The position numbers and the translations under genes were made by a program. DNA of 64,000 bases, taken from the NCBI GenBank assembly GCA_963715505.1, contig OY970242.1, positions 2,683,788 to 2,747,787 of the forward strand, in the 5' to 3' direction. This document shows, piece after piece, positions 18,109 to 27,529 of this stretch; the first letter of the stretch is position 1; the number at the start of each line of letters is the position of its first letter. The DNA comes from an uncultured Microthrixaceae bacterium (GTDB lineage Bacteria; Actinomycetota; Acidimicrobiia; Acidimicrobiales; VFJN01). The notes below the pieces were generated by a model. That model was not told where the DNA came from, ran no database searches, and saw nothing but the letters and a program-made list of their open reading frames with translations.

Positions 18109-18585
18109 TCAGCAGCAGGCGGAAACCGTGGTGGTGGGATCCTGGTCGGACGCCACCTGCCCGGTCGGGCAGCCCCCGGCACCGCACGCGTCGACCTGGC
18201 GCAGGTCGTCGGCGGGCTCGGTGGCGTCGGCGAGCACGGTGTAGATCTCCCATGGCGCCCCGTCGGGGTCGTCGACCCAGACCTTGTCCTGCAGCGCGTA
18301 GCAGCAGGTGACGTTCTCCTCGGTGGCCGTGGCCAGGCCTTCGCCCGAGATGCGCTGCTGGGCCGCCGCCACCTCCTCGCTCGAGAACACCTCGACGCCG
18401 AGGTGGTTGAGCGACCCGCCGCCCTCGGCGCTCTCGATGAGCACGAGCTTGAGCGGGGGCGATTCGACCGCGAAGTTGGCGTAGCCGGGTCGCCGCTTGG
18501 CGGGCTCGGTGGCGAAGAGCTTCGAGTAGAAGGCCACGGCCTCGTCGATGTCGGACACGTTGAGGGCGAGCTGCACGCGTGACAT
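18109..18585 (-). CDS. ArsI/CadI-family VOC (glyoxalase-fold) metal-resistance protein with a Cys-rich tail
   Basis: MSRVQLALNVSDIDEAVAFYSKLF...LNHLGVEV...CCYALQDKVWVDDPDGAPWEIY, with a C-terminal CGAGGC...SACC. It is divergent from an ArsR/SmtB gene. Confidence 0.8.
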   Translation of the reverse strand: MSRVQLALNVSDIDEAVAFYSKLFATEPAKRRPGYANFAVESPPLKLVLIESAEGGGSLNHLGVEVFSSEEVAAAQQRISGEGLATATEENVTCCYALQDKVWVDDPDGAPWEIYTVLADATEPADDLRQVDACGAGGCPTGQVASDQDPTTTVSACC

Positions 18586-18615
18586 GGATGCCTCCGATAT
18601 CGTCTATGGACAGCC

Positions 18616-18643
18616 ATCAATATATCGATTGATGTCGATCAAT
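18616..18643. promoter_or_regulatory. nested AT-rich palindromes; likely ArsR/SmtB operator
   Basis: ATCAAT-ATATCG-ATTGAT-GTCG-ATCAAT (6-6-6 and 6-4-6 inverted repeats sharing ATTGAT). It lies in the 96-bp divergent intergenic region, which is strikingly AT-rich for this genome. Confidence 0.5.
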
Positions 18644-18681
18644 GCAACCTGTGGACCGGACCACGAGCGAGGAGCGCCACC

Positions 18682-19011
18682 GTGGACGTCAAGCTGATCG
18701 AGTCCTGCTGCCCGCCGCTGCTCGAGGCGCCGCTCGACGAGGCCGGGGCGGCCGAGCTCGCGCGGGCCTTCAAGGTCCTCGCCGACCCGGTCCGGCTCCG
18801 CCTGCTGTCGTTGATCGCCGCCTCGCCCGGTGGCAGCGCCTGCAGCTGCGACCTCGAGGAACCGGTCGGCAAGAGCCAGCCCACCGTCAGCCACCACCTC
18901 TCCCTGCTGGCCGATGCCGGGCTCATCACCAAGTCGAAGCAGGGTCGCTGGGTCTACTGCAGCGTGGTGCCCGAGCGCCTCGCCGTGCTGCGCGACGCGC
19001 TCGGCGGCTGA
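18682..19011 (+). CDS. ArsR/SmtB-family metalloregulator
   Basis: ELARAFKVLADPVRLRLLSLIAASPGGSACSCDLEEPVGKSQPTVSHHLSLLADAGLI. Includes the CxC metal site and an N-terminal CC pair. Confidence 0.85.
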   Translation: MDVKLIESCCPPLLEAPLDEAGAAELARAFKVLADPVRLRLLSLIAASPGGSACSCDLEEPVGKSQPTVSHHLSLLADAGLITKSKQGRWVYCSVVPERLAVLRDALGG

Positions 19012-19036
19012 CGCCGCATCGGCGCTGCGCGGCGCG

Positions 19037-19675
19037 TCAGCCGAGCCGGGCGAAGGCCTCCGCCGCGCTGGTCGGCCCGGCGACGACGAGCACGTCGCCG
19101 TCCTGGAGCACGGTGTCGGCGGTGGCGTAGGTGAACGAACCGCCGGTCGGCTTCACGCAGACGACCGTCACGCCGTAGTTCGCTCGCACCCCGACATCGG
19201 TCAGCGACCGCCCGACCATCTCGTCGGGCGCGACGGTCTCGACCATGGCGAACTGCTCATCGAGCTGGAACCACTCGATCATCCGTCCGCCGAGCAGGTG
19301 CGCCACCCGGTGACCCATGTCGTGCTCCGGGTAGACGACGTGGTGGGCGCCGACGCGTTCGAGGATGCGCCCGTGCGCCTTGGTGACGGCCTTGGCCCAG
19401 ATGTTCTGCACGCCGAAGTCCTCGAGGGCGGCGGTGGCGAGGATGCTGGCCTCGATGTCGGAGCCGATCGCCACGATGGCGTGGCGGATGTCGGTCACCC
19501 CGAGCTGGCGGAGGGCCTCGCTGTTGGTGGCATCGGCTTCGACGACGTGGGTGACGAGCCTGGCGTACTCCTGCACGTTGCGCGGGTTGCTGTCGATCCC
19601 CAGCACCTCGAAGCCCAGGCGGACCAGCTCGGCCGCCACGGCGCCGCCGAAGCGCCCCAGTCCCACGACGAGCAC
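19037..19675 (-). CDS. trkA: Trk/Ktr potassium uptake system, NAD-binding peripheral subunit
   Basis: GTG start. VLVVGLGRFGGAVAAELVRLGFEVLGID (Rossmann GxGxxG) plus a TrkA-C domain. It lies 70 nt downstream of trkH. Confidence 0.85.
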   Translation of the reverse strand: MLVVGLGRFGGAVAAELVRLGFEVLGIDSNPRNVQEYARLVTHVVEADATNSEALRQLGVTDIRHAIVAIGSDIEASILATAALEDFGVQNIWAKAVTKAHGRILERVGAHHVVYPEHDMGHRVAHLLGGRMIEWFQLDEQFAMVETVAPDEMVGRSLTDVGVRANYGVTVVCVKPTGGSFTYATADTVLQDGDVLVVAGPTSAAEAFARLG

Positions 19676-19744
19676 CTGCTCGCCGTCGCGGGGGTCGGCC
19701 CGTGCGACTTGCCCAGTGAGCGGGCGAGATCCCGTAGGTGACGT

Positions 19745-21097
19745 TCAGCCAATGAGGGGCCTCTCTTCCGGACGACGGTACAGACGATCACGCGAGCGCA
19801 GCACCAGCGCGGCGAACAAGGTCGGCGGGCCGACGCGGCCGAGGATCATGAGGCCGATCACCACCAGCTGCGCCGCCGCCGAGAGGACCGGCGTGACGCC
19901 CGTGCTGAGCCCGACGGTGCCGAAGGCCGAGACCACCTCGAAGAGCAGGTCCGACCTCGGGAGCGGGCTGATCGCCAGCAGGAGCATCGTCGACGCCACG
20001 ACCGCACCGACGGCGAGCAGGGCCATGGCGAGCGCCTGGCGGTGCGCGCCGGTCGGCACGCGGCGCTCGAACACCACCACGTCGGGGTCGCCCCGGACCT
20101 CCGCCCAGATCACGAAGCCGAGCAGCGCGAAGGTCGTCACCTTGATGCCACCTGCCGTCGAGCCGCTGCCACCCCCGATGAACATGAGGACCTCGGTCAG
20201 CAGCTTCGAGGGTTCGGTCATCGCCGCGAGGTCGACCGAGTTGAAGCCCGCGGTGCGGGGCACGACGCTGTGGAAGAAGCCGTTCACCAAGGAGTCGCCT
20301 GCCGACAGGCCGCCGAGCGTGTCGACGTTGGTCCACTCGAACCAGCTGAAGAGCACCCAGCCGGCCAGGAGGAGCACGACCGTCGTCGACACGGTGAGCT
20401 TGGCATGGAGGTCCCAGTGGCGCACCGCGGCGCGGTGGCGGGCGATCTGGATCCACACGGGGAACCCGAGGCCGCCGACGATGATGGAGGCGGCGATCAC
20501 CAGGAGGATGACCGGGTCGGTCTGGAACCGCACGACGCTGTCGCTGTAGAGCCCGAACCCCGCGTTGTTGAAGGCCGACACGGCGTGGAAGACGCCCAGG
20601 TACACCGCCCGTCCGAACGGTTCGTCGTGCATGGTCCAGAAGCGCAGCAGCAGCACGATCGCCGCCACCACCTCGGAGGCGAGGGTGAGCCGCGCCACCC
20701 CCAGCAGCACGCTGCGCAGGTCGCCGAGGTCGAACGAACCCGTCTCCGCGGCCGCGATCAGGCGCTGGCGCAGCCCGAGGCGCCGGGCGAGCACCACCAC
20801 GATCAGCGACGAGAGGGTCATGATCCCCAGGCCGCCGATCTGGATGAGGATCAGGATGGTCCACTCGCCGAGCGCGCTCCAGTGACCGGCCGTGTCGACC
20901 ACGGCCAGCCCGGTCACGCACACCGCGGAGGTCGCGGTGAACAGCGCGGTCATGAAGCTCGTGCTGCCGGGATCCTCCGAAGCAGCCGGGATGAGCAGCA
21001 GCAGGGCCCCGACCAGGCTCGCGAGGACGAAGGCCACCACGACGTACTGGGCCGGGTGGCGCAGCGCGATGCTCGTACCACCGAACCGTCCTGGCAC
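19745..21097 (-). CDS. trkH: Trk/Ktr-type potassium transporter, membrane subunit
   Basis: 450 aa and polytopic. Repeated selectivity-filter-like motifs are present (SAVCVTGLAV, SAFNNAGFGL, PRTAGFNSVD, FGTVGLSTG). Confidence 0.9.
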   Translation of the reverse strand: MPGRFGGTSIALRHPAQYVVVAFVLASLVGALLLLIPAASEDPGSTSFMTALFTATSAVCVTGLAVVDTAGHWSALGEWTILILIQIGGLGIMTLSSLIVVVLARRLGLRQRLIAAAETGSFDLGDLRSVLLGVARLTLASEVVAAIVLLLRFWTMHDEPFGRAVYLGVFHAVSAFNNAGFGLYSDSVVRFQTDPVILLVIAASIIVGGLGFPVWIQIARHRAAVRHWDLHAKLTVSTTVVLLLAGWVLFSWFEWTNVDTLGGLSAGDSLVNGFFHSVVPRTAGFNSVDLAAMTEPSKLLTEVLMFIGGGSGSTAGGIKVTTFALLGFVIWAEVRGDPDVVVFERRVPTGAHRQALAMALLAVGAVVASTMLLLAISPLPRSDLLFEVVSAFGTVGLSTGVTPVLSAAAQLVVIGLMILGRVGPPTLFAALVLRSRDRLYRRPEERPLIG

Positions 21098-21130
21098 GAC
21101 CGGGGAGGCTACGTCTGCGCGCGGGGGATG

Positions 21131-21340
21131 TCAGGTACGCACGACGTTGCCGTCCGCGTCGAGGCAGCCGGCGGGCGGCGTGGTCTCGTCGGGGCCCCCC
21201 GGGGGGCACGGCTGGAGCGTCCGCGACGTCGTCTCGGTCGCGTCCGCCGGGCCAGGCGCGATGCCGGGATCCTGCTCGGAGGAGCACCCCGCCACCACAG
21301 CCACCAGGGCGACCGCCAGCACCCCGATGGCGCTCCTCAC
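21131..21340 (-). CDS. small lipoprotein (69 aa)
   Basis: Lipobox: MRSAIGVLAVALVAVVAGCSSE. The GTG start overlaps the esterase stop (GTGA), suggesting translational coupling. Confidence 0.4.
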   Translation of the reverse strand: MRSAIGVLAVALVAVVAGCSSEQDPGIAPGPADATETTSRTLQPCPPGGPDETTPPAGCLDADGNVVRT

Positions 21341-22284
21341 GCGAGCACGGCCCGCAGCGCTGCCCCGGCGCGGTCGAGCGCGTCCGCTCCGTCGTCGACC
21401 ATCGCGCCCATGCGCCAGAACTCGTGGATCTGACCCTCGTAGCGCAGCAGCTCGACGGGCACGCCGGCGTCCTGCAAGGCCGCGGCATAGGCCTCGCCCT
21501 CGTCGCGGAGGGGGTCGAACTCGGCGGTGATGATCATCGCCGGGGGGAGGCCCGCGAAGCTCTCGGCGTGGAGGGGCGACACGGCCGCCGACTTGGGATC
21601 GGCGTCGCCGAGGTAGTTGCCGGCGAACCAGATCATCGTCTCGCGGGTGAGCAGGTAGCCCTCGCCGTTCTCCTCGATCGACGGTTGGCTCAGCGTGAGG
21701 TCGGTGACGGGGTACACGAGGAGCTGGAAGTCGATCTCCGGACCGAACTCGTCACGGACGCGGTGGCAGACGAGCGCCGCCAGGTTGCCGCCGGCGGAGT
21801 CGCCCCCCACCGCGACCTTGCTGACGTCGACGCCGAGGAGCTCGCCGTTCTCCACCGTCCACATGAGCGCCGTCAGGCAGTCCTCCAGCGCGGCAGGGGC
21901 CGAGTGCTCCGGTGAGAGCCGGTAGTCGACCGACACGACGACGGCCCCGGACCGGTTGGCCAGGGCGCGGCACGTCGGGTCGGCGGTGTCGAGGCCGCCG
22001 ATCGTCCAGCCGCCGCCGTGGAACCACAGCAGCACGCCGACGTGCCCGGCGACGGCGTCGGCGGGTGTGTACACGCGCACGGGGATGTCGCCGGCCACGC
22101 CCGGCACCAGGCGGTCGTCGACGCGGGCCACCTCCTCGATCTCCTGCAGCAGGGCGAGGCGCCGGTAGGACGCGCGCGCCTCCTCGAGGGGCATCTGGCT
22201 GACCGGCGGGCTGTCGAGCTTGGCCATCGCGTCGAGCAACGACCTCACCTGCGGATGGAGCGGCACGCGGTTCCCCTTCCCCAT
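21337..22284 (-). CDS. alpha/beta hydrolase, hormone-sensitive-lipase-type esterase
   Basis: HGGG oxyanion motif (LWFHGGGWTIG), nucleophile elbow GDSAGG, and C-terminal DPLRDEG...H. Confidence 0.85.
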   Translation of the reverse strand: MGKGNRVPLHPQVRSLLDAMAKLDSPPVSQMPLEEARASYRRLALLQEIEEVARVDDRLVPGVAGDIPVRVYTPADAVAGHVGVLLWFHGGGWTIGGLDTADPTCRALANRSGAVVVSVDYRLSPEHSAPAALEDCLTALMWTVENGELLGVDVSKVAVGGDSAGGNLAALVCHRVRDEFGPEIDFQLLVYPVTDLTLSQPSIEENGEGYLLTRETMIWFAGNYLGDADPKSAAVSPLHAESFAGLPPAMIITAEFDPLRDEGEAYAAALQDAGVPVELLRYEGQIHEFWRMGAMVDDGADALDRAGAALRAVLA

Positions 22285-22332
22285 CCGCCCTCGGCTGGAT
22301 GGTGCGACATCATCGCGCAGGCGACTACCCCG

Positions 22333-25017
22333 TCACCGCTGGTCGTAGAACCGACGCTCGACGACACGACGGGCGCGGCGGGTGACGCGCCGGTACTCCT
22401 CGCGCAGCTCGGGGACCGAGCACCCCAGCGAGCGCGCCAGCGGTGCGAGCTGCTCGGGCCGGCTCGGCAGGGAGTCGCCCGCCCCCGCGACGAGGAAGCT
22501 GCGGTTCCGGGTGCCCTCGCAGAAGCGGTAGGACTCGGCGAGGATGTCCGCCTCGTCCGCGGGGAGGTGCCCCGCGTCGACGAGCGCCTCCAGCGCAGCC
22601 ATCGTCGCCACGCCGGGCACGCCGTGCTGCAGCTGGAGGAGCTGCACGGTGAACTCGACGTCGGACAGCGAGCCGGGACCGAGCTTCAGGTGGAACTCCG
22701 GGTCCTCGCCGGGCGGGATCCGCTCCTGCTCGATGCGCACCTTCATGCGCCGGATCTCGAGCGCCTCGGCGCTCGTGAACGGCCGGTCCCAGACCGCCTG
22801 GTGGATGTGACGCACGAGCTGCTCGCCGAGCGCTGCGTCACCGGCCACGGCGCGCACGCGCACGTAGGCCTGCCGCTCCCACGTCGACGCCCACCGCGCC
22901 AGGTAGGCCTGCCAGCCCTCGAGGCTGCGCGTCAGCGGACCGTTGCGGCCCTCCGGCCGCAGGCCCGGGTCGACCGGCCAGATGCGCTCGGCAGGCGTGT
23001 CGCCACCGACGAAGCGCAGCATGCCGCTGGCGACGCGCTCGGCGTCGTCGGCGTCGCCCTCGTGGACGAAGGCGATGTCGAGGTCGCTGGCGTAGCCGAG
23101 CTCCGCGCCGCCGAAGCGCCCGAAGGCCACCACCGCCAGCGCGGCCTTCGGGTCCAGGACGGCCAGCGCGCTCTCCAGCGAGGCCTCCGCCAGCGCCGAG
23201 AGATCGGCGCCGACCCCCGGCACCGAGGTCTCGCCGAGCACGTCGCGCGCCGCGATGCCGAGCAGGTGGCGTTGCTTCCATCGCTGGAGCGCGCGGCGAC
23301 GCTCAGCACGGTCCTCGCGCCAGCCGATGCTCGACAGCGCGCTCGCCACCAGATCCGGCCGGAGCCGGGTGCGCAACCGGTCGGGGTCATCGAGGCGCTC
23401 GATCAGGTCGGGGTTGGCTTCGAGCACCTCGCCGACGAGCCGGCTGGTGCCGAGCAGCAGGGCCAGTCGTCGCGCCACCTCGGGTGAGTCGCGGAAGGCG
23501 GTGGCGAGCTCCGCCGCCCGCCGGTCGCCGGACGCGATCCGTCGCAGGCCGAGGAGGCCCAGATCGGGGTTGGGCGACGACGACAGCCAGTCGAGCAGCA
23601 GCGGGAGGAGCTGCTGCATCATGCGCGACGAGCGGGTCAGCCCGCGGGTCAGCTCCGTGACGGCCTGGCGGGTCCGCTCGAGGTCGGTGAAGCCGAACGC
23701 CTCCAGCCGCTCCGTCGCAGCCTCGGCCCCCAACGGGCCGGCGCCGGAGAGCGACGCCAGCAGCGGCCGGAACCAGAGCCGCTCGTGCACCGACCGCACG
23801 ATCGAGCGGTGCTCCGCCAGGGCACGATCGAAGGCCTCCGTGGGGCCGGCGGCCGGCTCGCCCCGGAAGCCCAGCGCTCGGGCGATCCGGCGGCGGGCGA
23901 CGCGATCCGCCGGAACGGTGTGCGTCTGGTGCTCCTCGTCGAGCTGCAGCACGTGCTCGACGCGCCGCAGGAAGCGGTACGAGTCGGCGAGCGACGTCGC
24001 GTCGTCGGGGTCGACGTAGCCGCCGCGTGCCAGCGCATCGAGCGCGTCGAGCGTGGAGGGGGAGCGGATCTCTGCGTCGACCGGCCCGTGGACCAGCTGC
24101 AGCAGCTGCGCAGGGAACTCGACGTCGCGGATGCCGCCGGGCCCGCGCTTGACCTCGCGCTCGGCGGTGCCGCGCTCACGAACGGCCTGCTCGGAGCGTG
24201 CCTTGAGGGCGCGCACGTAGCGCAGCTCGTCGGCCGAGAACGGCCGGCTCCAGACGAAGTGGGCGGCTGCCTCCGCCCAGCGCGCGCCGAGCGCCGCGTC
24301 GCCGGCGACGGGGGTGGCCTTCAGGTGGGCCTGGCGCTCCCAGGGGTCCGCCCAGCGCTGCCAGTAGGCCGCGTAGGACTCCACGGTGCGGACCAGGGGA
24401 CCGTCGCGGCCCTCCGGGCGGAGGTCGGCATCGACGCGGAAGCAGCGGGAGGCGAGCTCGAGGAAGGTGCGGCCCGCCCTGGCGAGCGCGGCCCCGTCTC
24501 CCTCGCCCACCAGCAGCACGTCGACGTCGCTGGCGTAGTTCAGCTCCTCGCCGCCCAGCTTGCCCATGCCGACCACCGCCAACCTGCCGGCGTCGCCGAG
24601 CTCGTCGGCCACGACCGCGTGCGCGGCGGCCAGCACGTCACGGGCGCGCGCCGACAGCGAGCTCGTGACCACCTCCACCTCGTCGCGACCCGTCAGGTCG
24701 CGCGCCGCGATGCGGAGCAGCTCACGTCGGGCCCAGGGCACGACGAGCTCCATGTCGGCACCGAGCTCGGGGGGCTCGGCGCGCCGTTCGAGGTCGTGCA
24801 GGCACGCTGCCGCGAGGGGATCGGTCTCCAGCAGGCGGGTCAGGCTCCGGCTGGCGGCGAGCACCGCCACCACCGCGGCCGCCACCGAAGGGTCGACCTC
24901 GACCGCCGCCGCCAGCTCGGGCTGGGTGTCGCGGATCCGTGCCAGGGCGGCGCGGACCCGGGTCGGGTCGGCCGAGCGGGGGATGAGCTCGGCGGCGGGG
25001 ACGGGCACCACAGCCAC
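22333..25017 (-). CDS. glnE: bifunctional glutamine synthetase adenylyltransferase/adenylyl-removing enzyme
   Basis: 894 aa with two tandem nucleotidyltransferase halves. Each has G-[RK]-x-GG-x-E-L-x-Y-x-SD-[LV]D (GMGKLGGEELNYASDVDVL; FGRFGGAELGYASDLDIAF) and GPGGIRDVEF / GPGSLSDVEF. Confidence 0.9.
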   Translation of the reverse strand: MAVVPVPAAELIPRSADPTRVRAALARIRDTQPELAAAVEVDPSVAAAVVAVLAASRSLTRLLETDPLAAACLHDLERRAEPPELGADMELVVPWARRELLRIAARDLTGRDEVEVVTSSLSARARDVLAAAHAVVADELGDAGRLAVVGMGKLGGEELNYASDVDVLLVGEGDGAALARAGRTFLELASRCFRVDADLRPEGRDGPLVRTVESYAAYWQRWADPWERQAHLKATPVAGDAALGARWAEAAAHFVWSRPFSADELRYVRALKARSEQAVRERGTAEREVKRGPGGIRDVEFPAQLLQLVHGPVDAEIRSPSTLDALDALARGGYVDPDDATSLADSYRFLRRVEHVLQLDEEHQTHTVPADRVARRRIARALGFRGEPAAGPTEAFDRALAEHRSIVRSVHERLWFRPLLASLSGAGPLGAEAATERLEAFGFTDLERTRQAVTELTRGLTRSSRMMQQLLPLLLDWLSSSPNPDLGLLGLRRIASGDRRAAELATAFRDSPEVARRLALLLGTSRLVGEVLEANPDLIERLDDPDRLRTRLRPDLVASALSSIGWREDRAERRRALQRWKQRHLLGIAARDVLGETSVPGVGADLSALAEASLESALAVLDPKAALAVVAFGRFGGAELGYASDLDIAFVHEGDADDAERVASGMLRFVGGDTPAERIWPVDPGLRPEGRNGPLTRSLEGWQAYLARWASTWERQAYVRVRAVAGDAALGEQLVRHIHQAVWDRPFTSAEALEIRRMKVRIEQERIPPGEDPEFHLKLGPGSLSDVEFTVQLLQLQHGVPGVATMAALEALVDAGHLPADEADILAESYRFCEGTRNRSFLVAGAGDSLPSRPEQLAPLARSLGCSVPELREEYRRVTRRARRVVERRFYDQR

Positions 25018-25046
25018 GCACGCCAGTCTGGCGGCCCCGCCTACGC

Positions 25047-26774
25047 TTGGGAGTCGTGGCCAGCATCCGCCTCGCGCTCTGCCAGATCGACCCGGTCGTC
25101 GGCGACCTCGACGGCAACGTCGAGCGCATCCTGGCTGCCTACGACGAGGCCGAGGCGGCGGGCTGCGACCTCGCGGTGTTCCCCGAGCTGGCGATCCCCG
25201 GCTACCCGCCCGAGGACCTGGTGCTGCGGCCCGGGTTCATCGCGGACAACCAGGCTGCCCTCCAGAAGGTGGCAGCGCGCACCGGGCGCTGCGCGGCCGT
25301 CGTCGGGTTCGTCGACGCCGACCGCGACCTGCGCAACGCCGCGGCGCTGTGCGCGTCGGGCGAGGTCGTCGGCAGCTACCACAAGCGCCTGCTGCCCAAC
25401 TACGGCGTCTTCGACGAGCAGCGGTACTTCGCGCCGGGCATCGAGCCCTACGCGCTGTACGAGGTGGCGGGCGTGAAGGTGGCGATGGCGATCTGCGAGG
25501 ACCTGTGGAGCCCCGAGGGCGCCATCGCCGACCAGTCCGCGGGAGGCGCCGAGCTCGTCGTGATCCCCAACGCCTCCCCCTACTTCCAGGGCCGTCACGG
25601 CGAGCGGGAGCGGATGGTGGCCACCCGCGCCGAGGACGCGCACTGCCACATCGCCTACGTGAACCAGGTGGGCGGCCAGGACGAGCTGATCTTCGACGGC
25701 ACCTCGTTCGTGGTCGACGAGCGGGGCGATCTCGTGGCGCGCTCGCCGCAGCTGCGCGAGCACGTCCAGATCGTCGACCTCGACATCCGGCCCGTCTTCC
25801 GCAGCCGCCTGCTCGACCCGCGCGGGCGCGACACGGGCCCAGCGCTGCCCGTGATCCCCGTGTCCGGCCCGGTCGCCGACCATCCCGGACCCGCGCACCC
25901 GCCGGCCATCGCGCCGCTGCTCGACCCCGTCGCCGAGACCTACGACGCGCTCGTGCTCGCCACGCGCGACTACGTCGCCAAGAACGGCTTCACCGACGTC
26001 GTGCTCGGGCTGTCGGGTGGCGTCGACTCCTCGCTCGTCGCGGTGATCGCCGCCGACGCCGTGGGCCCCGAGCACGTGCACGCCGTGTCGATGCCGAGTC
26101 GGTACTCGTCCGAGCACTCCCGCACCGACGCGGAGCGGCTCTGCGAGGCCGCCGGCATCGAGCTGCGGACCATCGCCATCGAGCCGGGCTACACCGCCTT
26201 CGTCGACATGCTGGCACCGAGCTTCGAGGGCCGAGCCGAGGACCTCACCGAGGAGAACCTGCAGCCGCGCATCAGGGGCACGCTGCTCATGGCGCTCTCC
26301 AACAAGTTCCCTGGCTGGCTGGTCCTCACGACCGGCAACAAGAGCGAGCTCGCCGTCGGCTACTCCACGCTCTACGGCGACACCGCCGGCGGCTTCGCGG
26401 TCATCAAGGACATCCCCAAGCTGCTCGTGTACGAGCTGTGCCGCCTGCACAACGAGCGGGCCGGACGCGCCGTCGTGCCGGAGTCGGTGCTCACGAAGCC
26501 GCCCTCAGCCGAGCTCCGGCCCGACCAGCGCGACGACCAGTCCCTCCCCCCCTACGAGGTGCTCGATCCGCTCCTCGAGGGCTACGTCGAGCGCGACCTG
26601 ACGCGCGACGAGCTCGTCGCCGCCGGCTTCGATCGCGCGCTCGTCGAGCGGGTCAGCCGGCTCGTCGACGCCGCCGAGTTCAAGCGGCGGCAGATGCCGC
26701 CGGGGCCGCGCGTGACCCCGAAGGCGTTCGGCAAGGATCGCCGGATGCCGATCACCAACGGCTACCGCGGATGA
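25047..26774 (+). CDS. nadE: glutamine-dependent NAD+ synthetase (nitrilase domain + NAD synthase domain)
   Basis: IRLALCQIDPVVGDLDGN...FPELAIPGYPPEDL...ICEDLW (CN hydrolase) followed by LGLSGGVDSSLVA (the SGGxDS PP-loop). The start could be GTG 25056. Confidence 0.9.
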   Translation: MGVVASIRLALCQIDPVVGDLDGNVERILAAYDEAEAAGCDLAVFPELAIPGYPPEDLVLRPGFIADNQAALQKVAARTGRCAAVVGFVDADRDLRNAAALCASGEVVGSYHKRLLPNYGVFDEQRYFAPGIEPYALYEVAGVKVAMAICEDLWSPEGAIADQSAGGAELVVIPNASPYFQGRHGERERMVATRAEDAHCHIAYVNQVGGQDELIFDGTSFVVDERGDLVARSPQLREHVQIVDLDIRPVFRSRLLDPRGRDTGPALPVIPVSGPVADHPGPAHPPAIAPLLDPVAETYDALVLATRDYVAKNGFTDVVLGLSGGVDSSLVAVIAADAVGPEHVHAVSMPSRYSSEHSRTDAERLCEAAGIELRTIAIEPGYTAFVDMLAPSFEGRAEDLTEENLQPRIRGTLLMALSNKFPGWLVLTTGNKSELAVGYSTLYGDTAGGFAVIKDIPKLLVYELCRLHNERAGRAVVPESVLTKPPSAELRPDQRDDQSLPPYEVLDPLLEGYVERDLTRDELVAAGFDRALVERVSRLVDAAEFKRRQMPPGPRVTPKAFGKDRRMPITNGYRG

Positions 26775-27409
26775 GCGGCGTCTCGGCGGTGCTCTTCGAC
26801 TTCGCGGGCGTGCTGACGTCGTCGCCGTGGGCGGCGATGACCGCGGCGGGCGGAGGATCGCTCGAGCTGATCGTCGGCTCCTACGACGAGGATGGCGACC
26901 ACCCCTGGCACCAGGTCGAGCGCGGCGAGATGGCGATCGCCGACTGGGCGCTCGCCGTCACCGAGCTCGGCCGCGCGCAGGGCATCGAGGTCGACTTCAC
27001 ACCCATGCAGACCATGCTCGGCGAGATGACGGTCAACCAGCAGGTGCTCGACCGCATCCGCTCGCTGCGCGCCGAGGGCTACCGCGTCGGGCTCGTCACC
27101 AACAACGTCAAGGAGGGTTCGGCGACGTGGCGAGCGCTCGTCCCCGTCGACGAGCTCTTCGAGGTCGTCGTCGACAGCTGCGAGGTGGGCATGCGCAAGC
27201 CGAACCCGGCGATCTTCCACCATGCGCTGGAGCTGCTCGGCGGCGTCGCCCCGCACGAGGCGGTGTTCCTCGACGACAGCCCCGGCAACGTGGTCGGCGC
27301 CCAGCGCGCCGGCTTGCACGCCATCCTCGTCGACGACCCGGATGTCGCCCTCGCCGAGCTCGACGCGCTCCTGCTCCGCGAGCCCCCACCCTCGAACCTG
27401 CGGCACTGA
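26771..27409 (+). CDS. HAD-superfamily hydrolase (subfamily IA-like)
   Basis: Its ATG overlaps the nadE stop (ATGA). Motifs: VLFDFAGVLT (motif I DxxG variant), VTNN, GMRKPNPAIF, FLDDSPGNV. Its last 16 nt lie inside hairpin repeat copy 2. Confidence 0.8.
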   Translation: MSGVSAVLFDFAGVLTSSPWAAMTAAGGGSLELIVGSYDEDGDHPWHQVERGEMAIADWALAVTELGRAQGIEVDFTPMQTMLGEMTVNQQVLDRIRSLRAEGYRVGLVTNNVKEGSATWRALVPVDELFEVVVDSCEVGMRKPNPAIFHHALELLGGVAPHEAVFLDDSPGNVVGAQRAGLHAILVDDPDVALAELDALLLREPPPSNLRH

Positions 27410-27448
27410 GACGAGGTCTTGTCGTCTGAGTGCCGCAAGTTCAGGGGG
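27394..27448. repeat. GGTCTTG-loop hairpin element, copy 2 (55 nt)
   Basis: GAACCTGCGGCACTGAGACGA-GGTCTTG-TCGTCTGAGTGCCGCAAGTTC + AGGGGG. The stem is about 21 bp with one G-U pair and one mismatch. Confidence 0.8.
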
Positions 27449-27464
27449 TCGTCACCCCACGACC

Positions 27465-27519
27465 GAACCTGCGGCACTGAGACGAGGTCTTGTCGTCTGA
27501 GTGCCGCAAGTTCAGGGGG
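27465..27519. repeat. GGTCTTG-loop hairpin element, copy 3 (55 nt, identical to copy 2, 71-nt period)
   Basis: An exact 55-nt duplicate of 27394-27448, separated from it by a mini-palindrome (GGTCGTCACCCCACGACC). The pair fills the convergent gap between the HAD gene and the ABC exporter. Confidence 0.8.
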
Positions 27520-27529
27520 TGCGGGGTCT

